A stretch of 56,952 nucleotides of DNA from Candidatus Hadarchaeota archaeon (GCA_964608515.1 CAZSNS010000003.1:11360-68311); one strand, 5' to 3'. Shown: positions 1 to 10,432, numbered from the stretch's first letter. Program-made: numbers and translations. Notes: generated by a model not told the origin, from the sequence alone.

Positions 1-141
1 AGCTATAGTTTTCTCTTACATGTAATGATAAAGGTTGTATGAAAATTTTTAATTCTTTACTTGAAGATTTAGTTTTTTGATTAATAGTGGAATACTTTTT
101 TCGCTCTGTGATTGTCCTATCAATAATGCGTTGTGGGATTT

Positions 142-1134
142 TCAAATATTTGAGAAATTAATGCCATAGTGTATTCCTAATATTCCACCAGCTGCGCTTA
201 CTCCCCAAAACCATATCAGACGTTGTAGCAGTACTGCGGATGCGGAGATTTCGACTGGTAAGCCAAGCAAGACAAATCCGGATATGAAAGCTCCTTCGTA
301 AATACCTAAGGACCCTGGGGTTATTGGAAGTGCTAAGGCGATATGTAAAAGCCCCATGATTACAAATATGTGTGAGATAGGAACTTGGTGACCTAATGAG
401 ATGAAAATTAGATAGTAAGCGGTTAGATTTAACCCTTTTGCTAAAAAAGCTGAGGTCAAAGCTTTTCCCATAGCTTGTTTATTTCGAAGGCTTTCTTTGA
501 ATCCTGCTTGAAAATCTTGATATTTTCCGATTATCTCTTCTTCTCTTTCTTTAAGAAAACCGATTCTTTCTGTAAGAAAGTTTATAAGCCGAAGTATGTA
601 GTCTCTGTCAAAATAAATGCCTAGGAAAGATAAGAGAAATAAAATCATTATCACCTCAAATGCTAATATCCCTATTGTCAACCAAGTAGGGGGAGTCATT
701 ACAAATGGTAAAACAAAGAGTGAGGCAAGAACAAACAACTGAGTTGTTATCAAAAATACTGACCCGTCCACCAAAACCGAAGCAAGCCCATCAGCGTACT
801 TAACACCACTTTTCCTTTTCAAAATATAGGCTCGGACTGGTTCACCTCCCAACCTAGCGAACGGGGTTATATTATTTATCGCCAATCCGACAACCAGACC
901 TCCTATCACCTCTCTAACTTTTACAGTATAATCTCTCACATTCACGAGAGTCTTCCATCGATAGGCCCAGACAAAGATCGAAGTTACGATACAACTAACT
1001 GCTAAAAGGTAAATGGGTATGTTTACTGAGAGTAGAGTTTGAATCACTTCCCCGGTGTCGATAAAAATAAAAAATACCATTACTAGGATAAATACTCCTA
1101 TACTCGTGCCGATTATAGATTTCTTTCCGAGCAT
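142..1134 (-). CDS. Polytopic membrane protein, flippase-like / LPG-synthase-TM (UPF0104) type
   Basis: 330-aa ORF with about 8 hydrophobic helices and a GGEPVRAYILKRK motif typical of this family. It lies co-directionally downstream of two GT2 genes. Confidence 0.5.
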   Translation of the reverse strand: MLGKKSIIGTSIGVFILVMVFFIFIDTGEVIQTLLSVNIPIYLLAVSCIVTSIFVWAYRWKTLVNVRDYTVKVREVIGGLVVGLAINNITPFARLGGEPVRAYILKRKSGVKYADGLASVLVDGSVFLITTQLFVLASLFVLPFVMTPPTWLTIGILAFEVIMILFLLSFLGIYFDRDYILRLINFLTERIGFLKEREEEIIGKYQDFQAGFKESLRNKQAMGKALTSAFLAKGLNLTAYYLIFISLGHQVPISHIFVIMGLLHIALALPITPGSLGIYEGAFISGFVLLGLPVEISASAVLLQRLIWFWGVSAAGGILGIHYGINFSNI

Positions 1135-1524
1135 GTTCTAACCTTTACGGATGATATAGGTCGCTAGGGTTTTTTTATCTGGTCTTTCTCAACTCAGTAT
1201 TTTTTAGCATTGTTCAAGAATCCTGCCCGCTGGTAGTTAAAATAATTTTTTCCTTGAACAATCTTAACAAAATCCTTGACTTTCTCCAACGCTCCCTTCA
1301 GATTATTCTAGTTTTACTTTATGATGAACATATTATTGGGTCCTGGATTAGATCTAAATTTTTTGACGTATCCAAAATTATTGAAATACTTATTTCTAAT
1401 TATCGAGTTTGAACGGGTTTCTCGGTCTGGAAAGTTATTTCTGTCTCTTCGAGTTATTCATACTCCGAAATTAAAACAAATTATTGTGAGGTATTATCAG
1501 TTAGGGGTTTATTTTTCTCGTCGG

Positions 1525-2265
1525 CTAGCTTGGTTCTCTATATTCCGTATCTTCAAAATAGTCAGCTTCCTCGTAGGGAACTCCATCTCCCTGCCTAAGT
1601 TTGATCTGAGAAATTATCAACTCCAAAACAGTAGGTCCAAATGATTCAAAATATCTCCTCATAGACGTTCTTACAATCATATCTTGATTAAAGCTAATAC
1701 TTCCAACATCTCTCATTTCCATCCCAAATTTTCCGTCTGCCGGAAACTTATTTTTGAAGCCTCCAATTTGTTTGGCTTTGTTTTTATAAAAAGCAGAATT
1801 TCCGGCAACAGAAGTGGAATATTGAAGCTTGTTTATAGAAATCCTCATGAAAGTGTTGTAAATATAATGAGCCCAGTTCAAAAATTCTGAATCTTCTAAG
1901 GGAAAAACTGGTCCACTAACTAAAATATTATCTTCAAGACTTTCCTTAGCTTCATTTAACCAGTTTGGCGGTGCTAAGCAGTCAGCGTCTATCTGTGCGA
2001 TTATTTCTCCGTCCGCTTCTTGGATTCCTTTGTTTCTGATTTGGTATAAAAATTCTAGATCTGGAACTCGGATTAATTTATCACAATATTTTTTGGCAAT
2101 TTCTTTTGTTCCATCTTCGCTTCCATTGTCCAGTAAAATTATTTCGTATTCACCAGAATAATTTTGATTTTGGAGTGATCGCATACATCCTTCGATCCAT
2201 TCCGCCTCGTTTAAAGCCGGCACAATGATTGATATCATTATTTTTTCTCCTCGGCAAGTTTTCAT
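1525..2265 (-). CDS. Family 2 glycosyltransferase
   Basis: N-terminus ISIIVPALNEAEWIEGCMRSLQNQNY..YEIILLDNGSEDGT and a DAD motif (QIDADC) form the GT-A fold signature. The true start may be the internal M at 2238. Confidence 0.85.
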   Translation of the reverse strand: MKTCRGEKIMISIIVPALNEAEWIEGCMRSLQNQNYSGEYEIILLDNGSEDGTKEIAKKYCDKLIRVPDLEFLYQIRNKGIQEADGEIIAQIDADCLAPPNWLNEAKESLEDNILVSGPVFPLEDSEFLNWAHYIYNTFMRISINKLQYSTSVAGNSAFYKNKAKQIGGFKNKFPADGKFGMEMRDVGSISFNQDMIVRTSMRRYFESFGPTVLELIISQIKLRQGDGVPYEEADYFEDTEYREPS

Positions 2266-2503
2266 TGATTTTTGTGTTTAGATGTTAAATTTGATTTTTT
2301 AAATTTACTATTATTTAGAGATTCGAGAAATCTCCTTCATAATGGTATTTAGAAATCATTTCACTTATCAGGCACCTTATTAATTCTGAATTTTTCCCAT
2401 TATCACTCTATTTAATTATATAGTCATTAGAAAGTAACTAATCAAAGATAACCTTGGTAAAATAAAATCTTCGCTCATCAAAAAATCAGTTTTTCTTATA
2501 AGC

Positions 2504-3232
2504 TCAATTTGTTTGATTTTCCCAATATCTTGTTTCTTCAAAATTTTTCTTATCCCCCCATCTTAATTTCAAGTGAGAGGATATTAACTCCAGTATAGTA
2601 TCCCAAATACCTTGGTTTAAATAACGTCTCATGGAAGTATGGATTTTCATGTCAGGATTAAAAATTAGTTTACCAACCTTGCTCATATCTTTTCCAAGCT
2701 TGCCGTCTTCAGGAAAACAGTTTTTGAAACCTCCGATTTCCATAGCTTTATCCTTATAAAACGCGCTATTGCCTCCAATTGCAGTAGAAAAATAAAGATA
2801 ATTTATACTGACGTTCATGAAGGTGTTGTATAAGTAGAGCAATATTTCATACATTTTAATCTTCTCCAGAGGTAAAATCGCACCACACACTAAAACTGAC
2901 TTAGGACAGTTTTGAAGTGATGAAGATGCTTCTGTCAACCAATACGGGTCGGCGAGAGAATCAGCATCAATCCGGGCGATTATTTCTCCATCTGAAGCAT
3001 TAATCCCCACGTTACAAAGATCGTAAAACTCTAGTTTTGGCCTGTGAAGAACCTTATCGGCGTATTCTCTTGCTATTTCGGGAGTTTTATCGGTACTTCC
3101 GTTGTCTATAACAATTATTTCGTAATCTTCAGTGTATTTTTGGTTTTTTAAAGATTTCAAACATCTCTCTATATATTCTTCTTCATCTTTAGCTGGGATT
3201 ACTATTGATATAGAAGTGATTTTTATCACCAT
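2504..3232 (-). CDS. Family 2 glycosyltransferase, tandem paralog of 1525..2265
   Basis: SIVIPAKDEEEYIERCLKSLKNQKY..YEIIVIDNGSTDKT and RIDADS. It is colinear with the neighbouring GT2 over its full length, including the C-terminal HTSMRRY motif. Confidence 0.85.
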   Translation of the reverse strand: MVIKITSISIVIPAKDEEEYIERCLKSLKNQKYTEDYEIIVIDNGSTDKTPEIAREYADKVLHRPKLEFYDLCNVGINASDGEIIARIDADSLADPYWLTEASSSLQNCPKSVLVCGAILPLEKIKMYEILLYLYNTFMNVSINYLYFSTAIGGNSAFYKDKAMEIGGFKNCFPEDGKLGKDMSKVGKLIFNPDMKIHTSMRRYLNQGIWDTILELISSHLKLRWGDKKNFEETRYWENQTN

Positions 3233-3380
3233 TTCTTAGTGGGAAAGGATTTTTACTCCCATCTTATAGTTTTTTTCGAGTACTTAATTTTTACTAGAGT
3301 TTAGGAAATTTGAGAGTTCCAATACCATTAACTAGGTGAAAAGGAAAAGCTTACGTAGTTGAAGTAAAGAGTTGATATCG

Positions 3381-3542
3381 ATGTCTGAATCTTTAAACGA
3401 GGAACTTTTGGAAATTCTGGCATGTCCTTATTGTAAGAAGGATATCGAATTAGAAAATCAAAAAATAGTTTGCACAGAATGTGAGAGGGAATTCCCAATA
3501 GAGAACGGTATTCCCAATATGCTTCCAGACGAATTGAGATGA
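3381..3542 (+). CDS. Trm112-like zinc-ribbon small protein (UPF0434/DUF343)
   Basis: 53-aa ORF below the ORF-track cutoff: MSESLNEELLEILACPYCKKDIELENQKIVCTECEREFPIENGIPNMLPDELR. The CPxC...CxxC plus PIxxGIPxxL pattern is characteristic of the family. ATG 3381, TGA 3540-3542. Confidence 0.7.
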   Translation: MSESLNEELLEILACPYCKKDIELENQKIVCTECEREFPIENGIPNMLPDELR

Positions 3543-3621
3543 AAATCTTTCACCCAGCCAGTCTAGACCAAATAGTTGAGTTCATAAAAATCCGGAAAAA
3601 GAATGTTTAAAGGGTGTTATT

Positions 3622-4290
3622 TTGTTTGAGGAGAAAAGAGAGGAACTCGTTCAAAGGCTTAGAAAGGGTGGGTATATAGAGAGTCCTGAGGTTATTGAAG
3701 CTTTTAGAAGTGTACCTCGAGAACAATTTATACCCTCCAAGTTTAGAAAAGAAGCTTACGCGGACAGACCATTATCGATAGGGGAGGGGCAAACGATTTC
3801 AGCTCCAAGCATGATTGCAATAATGCTTGAAGTACTCAAGGTAGAAAAAGGGCAAAAAATCCTAGAAATAGGAACAGGCTCCGGATATAATGCCGCCCTC
3901 TTAGCTGAACTAACCGGTAACGACGGAAAGATTTATTCTATTGAACGGCTCGAAAAAATTGCAAATTTCGGCCGTGAAAACTTGGAAGAGTTGGGTTATG
4001 GAGATATAGTGGAGGTAGTGGTTGGTGATGGAACCTTGGGATATGAGGGTGGAGCTCCTTATGATCGGGTTATCATCACTGCTTGTGCTCCATCAGTTCC
4101 TGATCCTTTGGTAGAACAGTTGAAAATTGGTGGGATTTTAACCGGTCCCGTAGGTAGTCATTATCGAGCTCAAACCTTGTTGGAGATAGAAAAGATAGGT
4201 GAAGAGGAAACTGAAACACGACGCCATGGCAGTTGTGCATTTGTTCCTTTGGTCGGTGAGGAGGCATGGGACGAGGGTGAAGCTCGATAA
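3622..4290 (+). CDS. pcm: Protein-L-isoaspartate O-methyltransferase
   Basis: PREQFIP, GQTISAPSMIA and the SAM motif ILEIGTGSGYNAALLAEL. TTG start as listed in the track. Confidence 0.9.
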   Translation: MFEEKREELVQRLRKGGYIESPEVIEAFRSVPREQFIPSKFRKEAYADRPLSIGEGQTISAPSMIAIMLEVLKVEKGQKILEIGTGSGYNAALLAELTGNDGKIYSIERLEKIANFGRENLEELGYGDIVEVVVGDGTLGYEGGAPYDRVIITACAPSVPDPLVEQLKIGGILTGPVGSHYRAQTLLEIEKIGEEETETRRHGSCAFVPLVGEEAWDEGEAR

Positions 4291-4309
4291 TTTGAAAAAA
4301 ATATTCTTG

Positions 4310-5335
4310 TCAGGTCCATTTTTCTAATGATTCTTGAGCTCTTTCCCCAGCACCTTTTTCAAGTTTTTCTATTCCGGTTTTGATTCTTGATTCTGAAAAG
4401 TCATGTTTTTCGCAGAGAAATTCTTTGATTTTGTCTAGGTCTGGATCATTCCATTCGATTTTATAATTGTCAGTAACTTTTGGTTCGAGGAATAGTTTTT
4501 CTACTTCAAGAGGATCCACTTCAAAATCCTCATCGATTTCCGTTTCTATTATTTTCTTAATATTTTCATGCTCTTTCGCTAGTTTTAAGGCTCTCTTAGG
4601 TCCGATTCCTTTAATCCCATCATTATAGTCCGTCCCTACTAGGATGCCTATTGCTATCAATTGTTCTTGATTTATTTCGTGTTTTTGAAAAACTTTCTCT
4701 AGTTCAATAATTTCAGGAGAGATCTTCTTGTATTTGTTTTTTCCAGGGAGTTTTCTTTTCCCGGTTATGGTCATATTTCTAACTAATATTGAAGATCCGT
4801 AAAGCAAACTGTCGAAGTCTTGACTTCCTGTGCCCCAAGCATCATCTTTTTTAACTATGTGAGAGGCTTGTGCTTCCCCTTCCCCGGGTGCTTGTATCCA
4901 AGGTATACCCATTCTTGTGAGAAGGGTTTTAGACTGTTCGATCATTTGTTTTGATAACCGGGAAGCTCTCTGTGCGTGTTTTCTGGCTTCTTCTGTTTTT
5001 CCTTCTTCAAGAGCTTCTTCCCTCGCTTTTTCTGCCTCTGCCCGAATTTCTCGCCTGGTTTCAATCTCTTCACTTTTCAACTCGGGGGGTTCTCCATCAA
5101 AAATGAATACAGGTTCAATTCCCAACTCAATAAGATTTGATGTCCGGTAAAATAATCCTGAAAGGTGTGAAGTTACTCTTCCTTCGGAGTCTTTAAGAGG
5201 AGTACCATCAGGTTGTCGGATTATCGAGAGAAACTGATATAAGGTGTTCATAGCATCTACGGCTATTATTCTCCCTTTCAAATACTCTAAATCCACTTCT
5301 TTCAAAGGGGTTATATCTTTTATCTTAACTCCCAC
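4310..5335 (-). CDS. fen: Flap endonuclease 1
   Basis: MGVKIKDI...IAVDAMNTLYQFLS, FIFDGEPPELK, GEGEAQASH and LVGTDYNDGIKGIGPKRA are XPG-N/I and H3TH motifs. Confidence 0.95.
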   Translation of the reverse strand: MGVKIKDITPLKEVDLEYLKGRIIAVDAMNTLYQFLSIIRQPDGTPLKDSEGRVTSHLSGLFYRTSNLIELGIEPVFIFDGEPPELKSEEIETRREIRAEAEKAREEALEEGKTEEARKHAQRASRLSKQMIEQSKTLLTRMGIPWIQAPGEGEAQASHIVKKDDAWGTGSQDFDSLLYGSSILVRNMTITGKRKLPGKNKYKKISPEIIELEKVFQKHEINQEQLIAIGILVGTDYNDGIKGIGPKRALKLAKEHENIKKIIETEIDEDFEVDPLEVEKLFLEPKVTDNYKIEWNDPDLDKIKEFLCEKHDFSESRIKTGIEKLEKGAGERAQESLEKWT

Positions 5336-5386
5336 TGGATCCCCCAGCTAAAAGAAAAGCAGTTTAGTTTATTTCCCTTTTGTTTC

Positions 5387-5599
5387 TTAAGAGATTCTCT
5401 CTCCACTAGGCAATCTCCTAACAATCGTCATAGGAATTGCATCGTTTTCAAACTCGAGAGCAGCTATATCAATCGGATCCGAAACGTCCTCTGGCGGTTC
5501 TATCAATACGGGCGCTCCTAATTCGATCTGAATAGCTCTGGCTCCAATAACACGAGCTTTTTCAAACCGGGTATATTTTTTCGGATAAATAATTAACAC
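5387..5599 (-). CDS. rpoK: DNA-directed RNA polymerase subunit K (Rpo6)
   Basis: 70 aa. TRFEKARVIGARAIQIELGAP is the conserved Rpo6/RpoK/omega-like core. Confidence 0.85.
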   Translation of the reverse strand: MLIIYPKKYTRFEKARVIGARAIQIELGAPVLIEPPEDVSDPIDIAALEFENDAIPMTIVRRLPSGERIS

Positions 5600-5726
5600 C
5601 TCACACTCCGATTTTTTTTTATGATTCTTATCTACAAGTCATCCATTTTTCTTTCGGAAGTCAGTTTGAATAATTCAGTGTTTTATCTATAAATAAACTT
5701 CCTTTTTCTAAACCAAAAATCAAAAA

Positions 5727-7265
5727 TTATGTGATAGGACCGTCTTGCCAGATGTCGTCTTTTAAACTCTGACCTGTTTTTTCTTCCCACTCGTCTATTG
5801 GTGTGGAGTGTTTTTCTCTTATTTTTTCTCCGTAATCTAGTCCGTTATAGGCACAGAAGGGTATGATTCCTTCTGGAGTAGAATAATGGATGACACATCT
5901 TTCAAGTCGAGAGATATTAAGATTCCAAACATCTTGGAACCACATAGATCCAATGTATAAGGAATCCAGATGGAATTTTCCGAGTTTATCGTGCGATCCT
6001 CCTCCAATAGCGTTTTTAAGCAATTCCTTCACTTCTACACCTTCGGGGGCCTTGTCATTGTCTATATAATCGGAAATGTTCATTAGCATGGATAATTTTA
6101 TACGCGTTCCTGATAAGAATCCTGTTTTTTCGCTTTTTTCTTCTACAAATTCCATTAGTCCTTCCACATCAATAAAATCGGTAATTGGAACTAGCTCATC
6201 ACCATCAAGAAAAGCATAGGTGGCGACTCCACAACTTGGATGTGCGGTAAATTCGACTTGCGGATCTCCAGATAATGTTTCTACTAATTTTGAGACGGGA
6301 TAGACGAAAGGAACTGGATACCAGTCTTCATTAGCTTTTATCTTTCCATCGAGTTGGTTTTCGGCTTTTCTAATCATTTCGGAGTAAGTTATCCTTTCTT
6401 TTTTCCTTCTTTCTTCGGTTATATTATCTATTTTACCTACAAATGATACGGGTTGGAAATTCACTCCTCTGACAGTATCTATGTTATCTTTAGCAAATTG
6501 GATTATATCTCCTATTTCGTGATCGTTATGTCCTTTAATGATTACAGGTACGAGGACTACTCCCATGTTCGCTTTACGAAGATTTTCGATTGCTTTTACA
6601 TTTTGGTCGAACCAAGGGTTTGTTTCTTCGCTTACTCCGTCAAAACTCATGTAGACGGTATTTGTTCCGGCTTCCCTGAGTTCTTTTGCTAATTCGGGAT
6701 CATCCCCTATTTTAATCCCGTTGGTGTTTACTTGTACTTGGGCGAATCCCATTTCGTTTGCCATTTTTACTATTTCGACTATGTCGTCTCTAACTGTCGG
6801 TTCTCCTCCGGTGATTTGGATTGCTTTGCTAGGTACAGGTTCTTCGTTTCGAACTTTTTTCATTTGTTCCTTTAATTGGTCTAAAGATGGTTCATAGATG
6901 AAACCTTCCGCACCAGCGTTGGCGAAACAATATGAACACCGTAAATCGCAACGGTTTGTGACGTAAAGATTAGTTAAAACTGATTGTGATTTGTGTCTTT
7001 CACATAATCCGCAATCTTCAGGACAGTTTGTTCCTTGTATTTCTGGATTTGTTACTCCTGTTCCTTCTTCGTCGTACTTCATCACTTTTTCATAAAGGTC
7101 TACATCATCCCAATAAATGGACTTAAATTCCCCATGTTCTTCGCACTCCTTCTTAAGGTAAACTCCCCCTTCTTCTTCAACAATCTCTGCCGGGATAGTG
7201 TCGAGATTGCCTTCTTTGAAACATTCCGGACAGACTGATTCAACTTTTTCTCTAACATTACCCAT
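5727..7265 (-). CDS. Radical SAM enzyme with N-terminal Cys-knuckles, tetraether-lipid-synthase (Tes/GDGT-MAS, COG1964)-like
   Basis: CPECFKEG...CEEHGE, CPEDCGLCERH, then the radical SAM motif VTNRCDLRCSYCFANAG. Size is 512 aa. The radical SAM call is firm; the Tes assignment rests only on remembered family architecture. Confidence 0.7.
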   Translation of the reverse strand: MGNVREKVESVCPECFKEGNLDTIPAEIVEEEGGVYLKKECEEHGEFKSIYWDDVDLYEKVMKYDEEGTGVTNPEIQGTNCPEDCGLCERHKSQSVLTNLYVTNRCDLRCSYCFANAGAEGFIYEPSLDQLKEQMKKVRNEEPVPSKAIQITGGEPTVRDDIVEIVKMANEMGFAQVQVNTNGIKIGDDPELAKELREAGTNTVYMSFDGVSEETNPWFDQNVKAIENLRKANMGVVLVPVIIKGHNDHEIGDIIQFAKDNIDTVRGVNFQPVSFVGKIDNITEERRKKERITYSEMIRKAENQLDGKIKANEDWYPVPFVYPVSKLVETLSGDPQVEFTAHPSCGVATYAFLDGDELVPITDFIDVEGLMEFVEEKSEKTGFLSGTRIKLSMLMNISDYIDNDKAPEGVEVKELLKNAIGGGSHDKLGKFHLDSLYIGSMWFQDVWNLNISRLERCVIHYSTPEGIIPFCAYNGLDYGEKIREKHSTPIDEWEEKTGQSLKDDIWQDGPIT

Positions 7266-7357
7266 GTTAATCGTTTACTACTCAGAGGGGTGAATACATA
7301 TAAGTATTTTTGAACTATTTCCAATATGAAAACTCGGTCCCATTCCAAGTGAAAAAA

Positions 7358-8119
7358 ATGGTTTCAGAAAAAGCAAAAAACACACTCAAAAACCTAGGCC
7401 TTACAGAATACGAATCCAGAGCCTACATCGGATTAGTTGAATCAGGCCCTACAACGGCCCGAGATTTGAGCGAAATTTCGGGGGTTCCCCACTCTAGAAT
7501 TTATGATATTCTATCGAAACTTGAGAATAGAGGTTGGATAGAAAGCCAGTCCGGTCGTCCCGCGAGATACCGGGCTAAATCTCCTTCTGAGGCTGTAAGG
7601 CTTTACAGAATCAAGCAAGAGGAAAAACTCAAAGAGGCGAGTGAAACTATCCAACAAGAATTGGAACCTTTATACGAAGAAGGGGGAGAAATGGAAAAGC
7701 CTGACGTTTGGACCATACGAGGGAGTAAAGAGATTCTAAGTAGAATAGAGGAAATGTTTAAGTCAGCTGAGATTGAAATTCTAGTATCTATACCTTATTT
7801 TTCAGAAGACTTTTCTAGGATAGAAGAGTTCATGCCGATTTTAAAAACGAAAGAAGTTACCTTTAAACTCTTGACTTCTGAGGAGAACGAATTCATAGAA
7901 GATCTTGAATCTATTTCAGGTGTGAAAGTAAAGTACAGAGAGCCTCTTTACGGAGGAGGGGTTATAATTGATGGGAAAGAAGCTTTGATTGTTCTCGAAA
8001 GCGGCGGTAATATTTTTGGAATATGGTCGGATGAAGTTGGCCTAGCTAAGTTTGCTGAAGAGTATTTCAATTATCTATGGGAAGGTTCAAGCTCCTCTAG
8101 CGATCAGAGTACTAAGTAA
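7358..8119 (+). CDS. TrmB-family transcriptional regulator
   Basis: LGLTEYESRAYIGLVESGPTTARDLSEISGVPHSRIYDILSKLENRGWIE is the wHTH of the TrmB family. I prefer ATG 7358 over the listed TTG 7310. Confidence 0.85.
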   Translation: MVSEKAKNTLKNLGLTEYESRAYIGLVESGPTTARDLSEISGVPHSRIYDILSKLENRGWIESQSGRPARYRAKSPSEAVRLYRIKQEEKLKEASETIQQELEPLYEEGGEMEKPDVWTIRGSKEILSRIEEMFKSAEIEILVSIPYFSEDFSRIEEFMPILKTKEVTFKLLTSEENEFIEDLESISGVKVKYREPLYGGGVIIDGKEALIVLESGGNIFGIWSDEVGLAKFAEEYFNYLWEGSSSSSDQSTK

Positions 8120-8227
8120 TTGAAACAAAATAAATGGAGATTTAACCGTTTTCTACCATAAATTTCGAAGAATGATAAAAAAATACTAATACTTATTCGG
8201 GATGACGCACAATTAGAATAAACGAGG

Positions 8228-8656
8228 TTGTTGGGGTTGGCGGAGAATCTAAAAGTTAGAGAATACGAGTGCGAGAACTGCGGACACGAAATGTTTCCCG
8301 AAGAAGAAATTAATGAATGCCGAATTTGTGGCGCTCCTGTTACTGAGAAGGAACACGAAGTTGAAAAATCCGAATTTGTACAGTTCATAAAGAGAAAATC
8401 AGCAGAAATTAGAGATGGCCAAGAGGAAAAATCTGTTTTTGGTCTTCTTAAAGATGACAAATTGATAGTAAAGTCGGGTGAAAAGGATGGTGGTGTGATA
8501 GAGGAGTTTGATAATGTAGAAAGGGTTCATGTTTATGCTGGAGAAAGTTTAGGTGTGGCAATTGAAAATCCGGATTATGCAGACTTTCCTAGTTTGGAAG
8601 ATGCGGAGAAAAAAGGCAGTAGAGTGGATATAACTTTAAAAGGAGAGAATAGTTAG
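8228..8656 (+). CDS. Hypothetical acidic zinc-ribbon protein
   Basis: CENCGHE...CRICGAP forms a Cys4 ribbon followed by an acidic tail. The competing antisense ORF 8104..8460 is low complexity. Confidence 0.5.
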   Translation: MLGLAENLKVREYECENCGHEMFPEEEINECRICGAPVTEKEHEVEKSEFVQFIKRKSAEIRDGQEEKSVFGLLKDDKLIVKSGEKDGGVIEEFDNVERVHVYAGESLGVAIENPDYADFPSLEDAEKKGSRVDITLKGENS

Positions 8657-8818
8657 AAATATTCTATTTTTTCTCGATTTTTTTGGTATTTTGTATGACT
8701 GTGAAGTGAGGAATTTTTTGGAAAAAGGATTCTTTAAACAAGTTTACTATCGAAAGATGTAAAAGCGAAATAAAAATAATCAAATCAACTAATTGGATGA
8801 GAAATTGGAGAGATTATC

Positions 8819-9352
8819 TTGAACGAAATTATTACTATTGTCGCGAAAGCAATTTGGTTTATCTTACCAGCTTATTTCGCTAATGCAGCACCAGTGATTG
8901 GAGGAGGGGGTCCACCAATTGATGGAGGAAAAAAACTTTCAGATGGATATAGGATTTTTGGTGATGGTAAGACTATCCGGGGTTTCCTATTTGGATGGTT
9001 AGTTGGAAGTGTTGTAGGTATAATTCAGATTTTTGTTTGGATGGAACCGGAAATCCAAAGTATTATTCAGGTTTCTGCTTGGAGTTGGAAGGTTCCGGTT
9101 CTTTTATCGCTCGGAGCTCTTTCTGGCGATGTGGTGGCTAGTTTCTTGAAGCGTCGTTTTGGTGTTCATAGGGGTTCACCTATTCCTGTTGTTGATCAGC
9201 TTGATTTTATTGTAGGTGCTCTTCTTATGGCTTCTCTTGTTTGGGTTCCGGAGTGGAGAGTTATAGTTACTTTGTTTATATTGACTCCTCTTCTCCATAT
9301 AGTGTTAAATCGTGTAGCTTTTGAAATCGGGGTTAAGTCAGAACCTTATTGA
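8819..9352 (+). CDS. carS: CDP-archaeol synthase (CTP:DGGGP cytidylyltransferase)
   Basis: WFILPAYFANAAPVIGGGGPPIDGGKKLSDGYRIFGDGKTIRGF and SFLKRRFG...VVDQLDF closely follow the remembered CarS/DUF46 pattern. TTG start. Confidence 0.8.
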   Translation: MNEIITIVAKAIWFILPAYFANAAPVIGGGGPPIDGGKKLSDGYRIFGDGKTIRGFLFGWLVGSVVGIIQIFVWMEPEIQSIIQVSAWSWKVPVLLSLGALSGDVVASFLKRRFGVHRGSPIPVVDQLDFIVGALLMASLVWVPEWRVIVTLFILTPLLHIVLNRVAFEIGVKSEPY

Positions 9353-9829
9353 TTAAATGTTCTTTTTTCTGACTTTTCTCTCTACAGGGGCTTCTTCCCA
9401 GGGGAAAACTAGCCATTTTTCGGTTTCGTATATGAAGTAATCAGGCATTATTTTGGACGATGGTTTATAGGCTATTGTGGCGATTTTTAATTCGCCTTCT
9501 ATTCTGTCTTCCAAGTGGTCTAATACGACCTCTAATGTGTTTCCGGTATCAGCTACGTCGTCTACAATTAGAACTTTTCCTTCGAGTTTTTCAACATCCG
9601 ACCAGAAAATTTCTGGTTCATCGGTAGTTTCATCGACATTTTCGTAATATTTAACGTGGACCACTCTCATTAACAAATCATTTAGAAGATGAGATAACCG
9701 GACTGATGGAATCAACCCGCCTCGAGCGATTCCTACAATAGTATCTGGGTCATATTCTTCCCTGATTTTTATGGAAAGGGCTTCCACAGATTTTTCTATA
9801 TCGTGCCAGGTTAGACATTCAGGGTCCAA
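9353..9829 (-). CDS. Purine phosphoribosyltransferase (type I PRTase)
   Basis: PRPP-binding motif VLIVDDVADTGNTL and the IVGIARGGLIP loop. Confidence 0.85.
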   Translation of the reverse strand: MDPECLTWHDIEKSVEALSIKIREEYDPDTIVGIARGGLIPSVRLSHLLNDLLMRVVHVKYYENVDETTDEPEIFWSDVEKLEGKVLIVDDVADTGNTLEVVLDHLEDRIEGELKIATIAYKPSSKIMPDYFIYETEKWLVFPWEEAPVERKVRKKNI

Positions 9830-9985
9830 TTTGAGCGCCCACCGGTGAATAGTGGTTTTTTTCTAAAAACTTTTTGCCGCTATTTAAAAGAGGTAGATTT
9901 TAATTCGTTTATTTGCATATTTTGGATTGGAGTGTTCTGGTTGGGTTTTAGATATTAAATTTGGTTGGTGTTTTTATTGGGAGCT

Positions 9986-10432
9986 ATGTTGGATTCTGAA
10001 GTTTTTGAGAGGCTTGAAATTACTTTAGAGGAAATTAGGAATCTTTCGGCGGAAGGGGTATGTGTTATTGTTGAGGGTGAGAAGGATAAGGAATCACTTC
10101 GAGAGTTAGGCATTGAAGGACCTATTTACCAGGTTCCTACTGGTGGTAAGACTTCGCTCAATTCTCTAGAAGAATTATCTGAATGTGAGGAGGTTATAAT
10201 TTTGACTGATTTTGACCGTACAGGGGAAGAATTGGCAGATTTTTGTAGGATCCATTTGGAAAAATTGGGTGTAAAAGTTCTTTACCGTTATAGAGAAAAG
10301 TTGAGAAATTTTGTAAGGAAAGCAGTCAAGGATATTGAAGGATTATCCAGTTTTATCCGTTCCGAACGTGCTTCCCAAGACATTTCCAAATTTAGAAATG
10401 ATTTTTCCGAAAATAATTCTAAAACGGGCTAA
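9986..10432 (+). CDS. Small Toprim-domain protein (UPF0292 type)
   Basis: VIVEGEKDKESLRELGIEG and VIILTDFDRTGEELA are the Toprim E and DxD motifs. I prefer ATG 9986. Confidence 0.7.
   Translation: MLDSEVFERLEITLEEIRNLSAEGVCVIVEGEKDKESLRELGIEGPIYQVPTGGKTSLNSLEELSECEEVIILTDFDRTGEELADFCRIHLEKLGVKVLYRYREKLRNFVRKAVKDIEGLSSFIRSERASQDISKFRNDFSENNSKTG

Noticed and set aside
1135-1524. A 390-nt gap between the GT2 and flippase-like genes, searched for a missed gene on the minus strand.
   Set aside because: Only a ~35-codon open stretch without a start was found (LKGALEKVKDFVKIVQGKNYFNYQRAGFLNNAKKY). It may be a gene remnant, but I cannot support it.
1321-1890. + strand ORFs 1321..1644 and 1684..1890.
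   Set aside because: They are antisense to or overlapping the well-supported GT2 gene 1525..2265. They are Leu/Phe/Ser-rich with no motif.
8104-8460. A 118-aa minus-strand ORF.
   Set aside because: It is antisense to the zinc-ribbon ORF 8228..8656 and to the end of the TrmB gene. It is Ser/Cys/Phe-rich and of low complexity.
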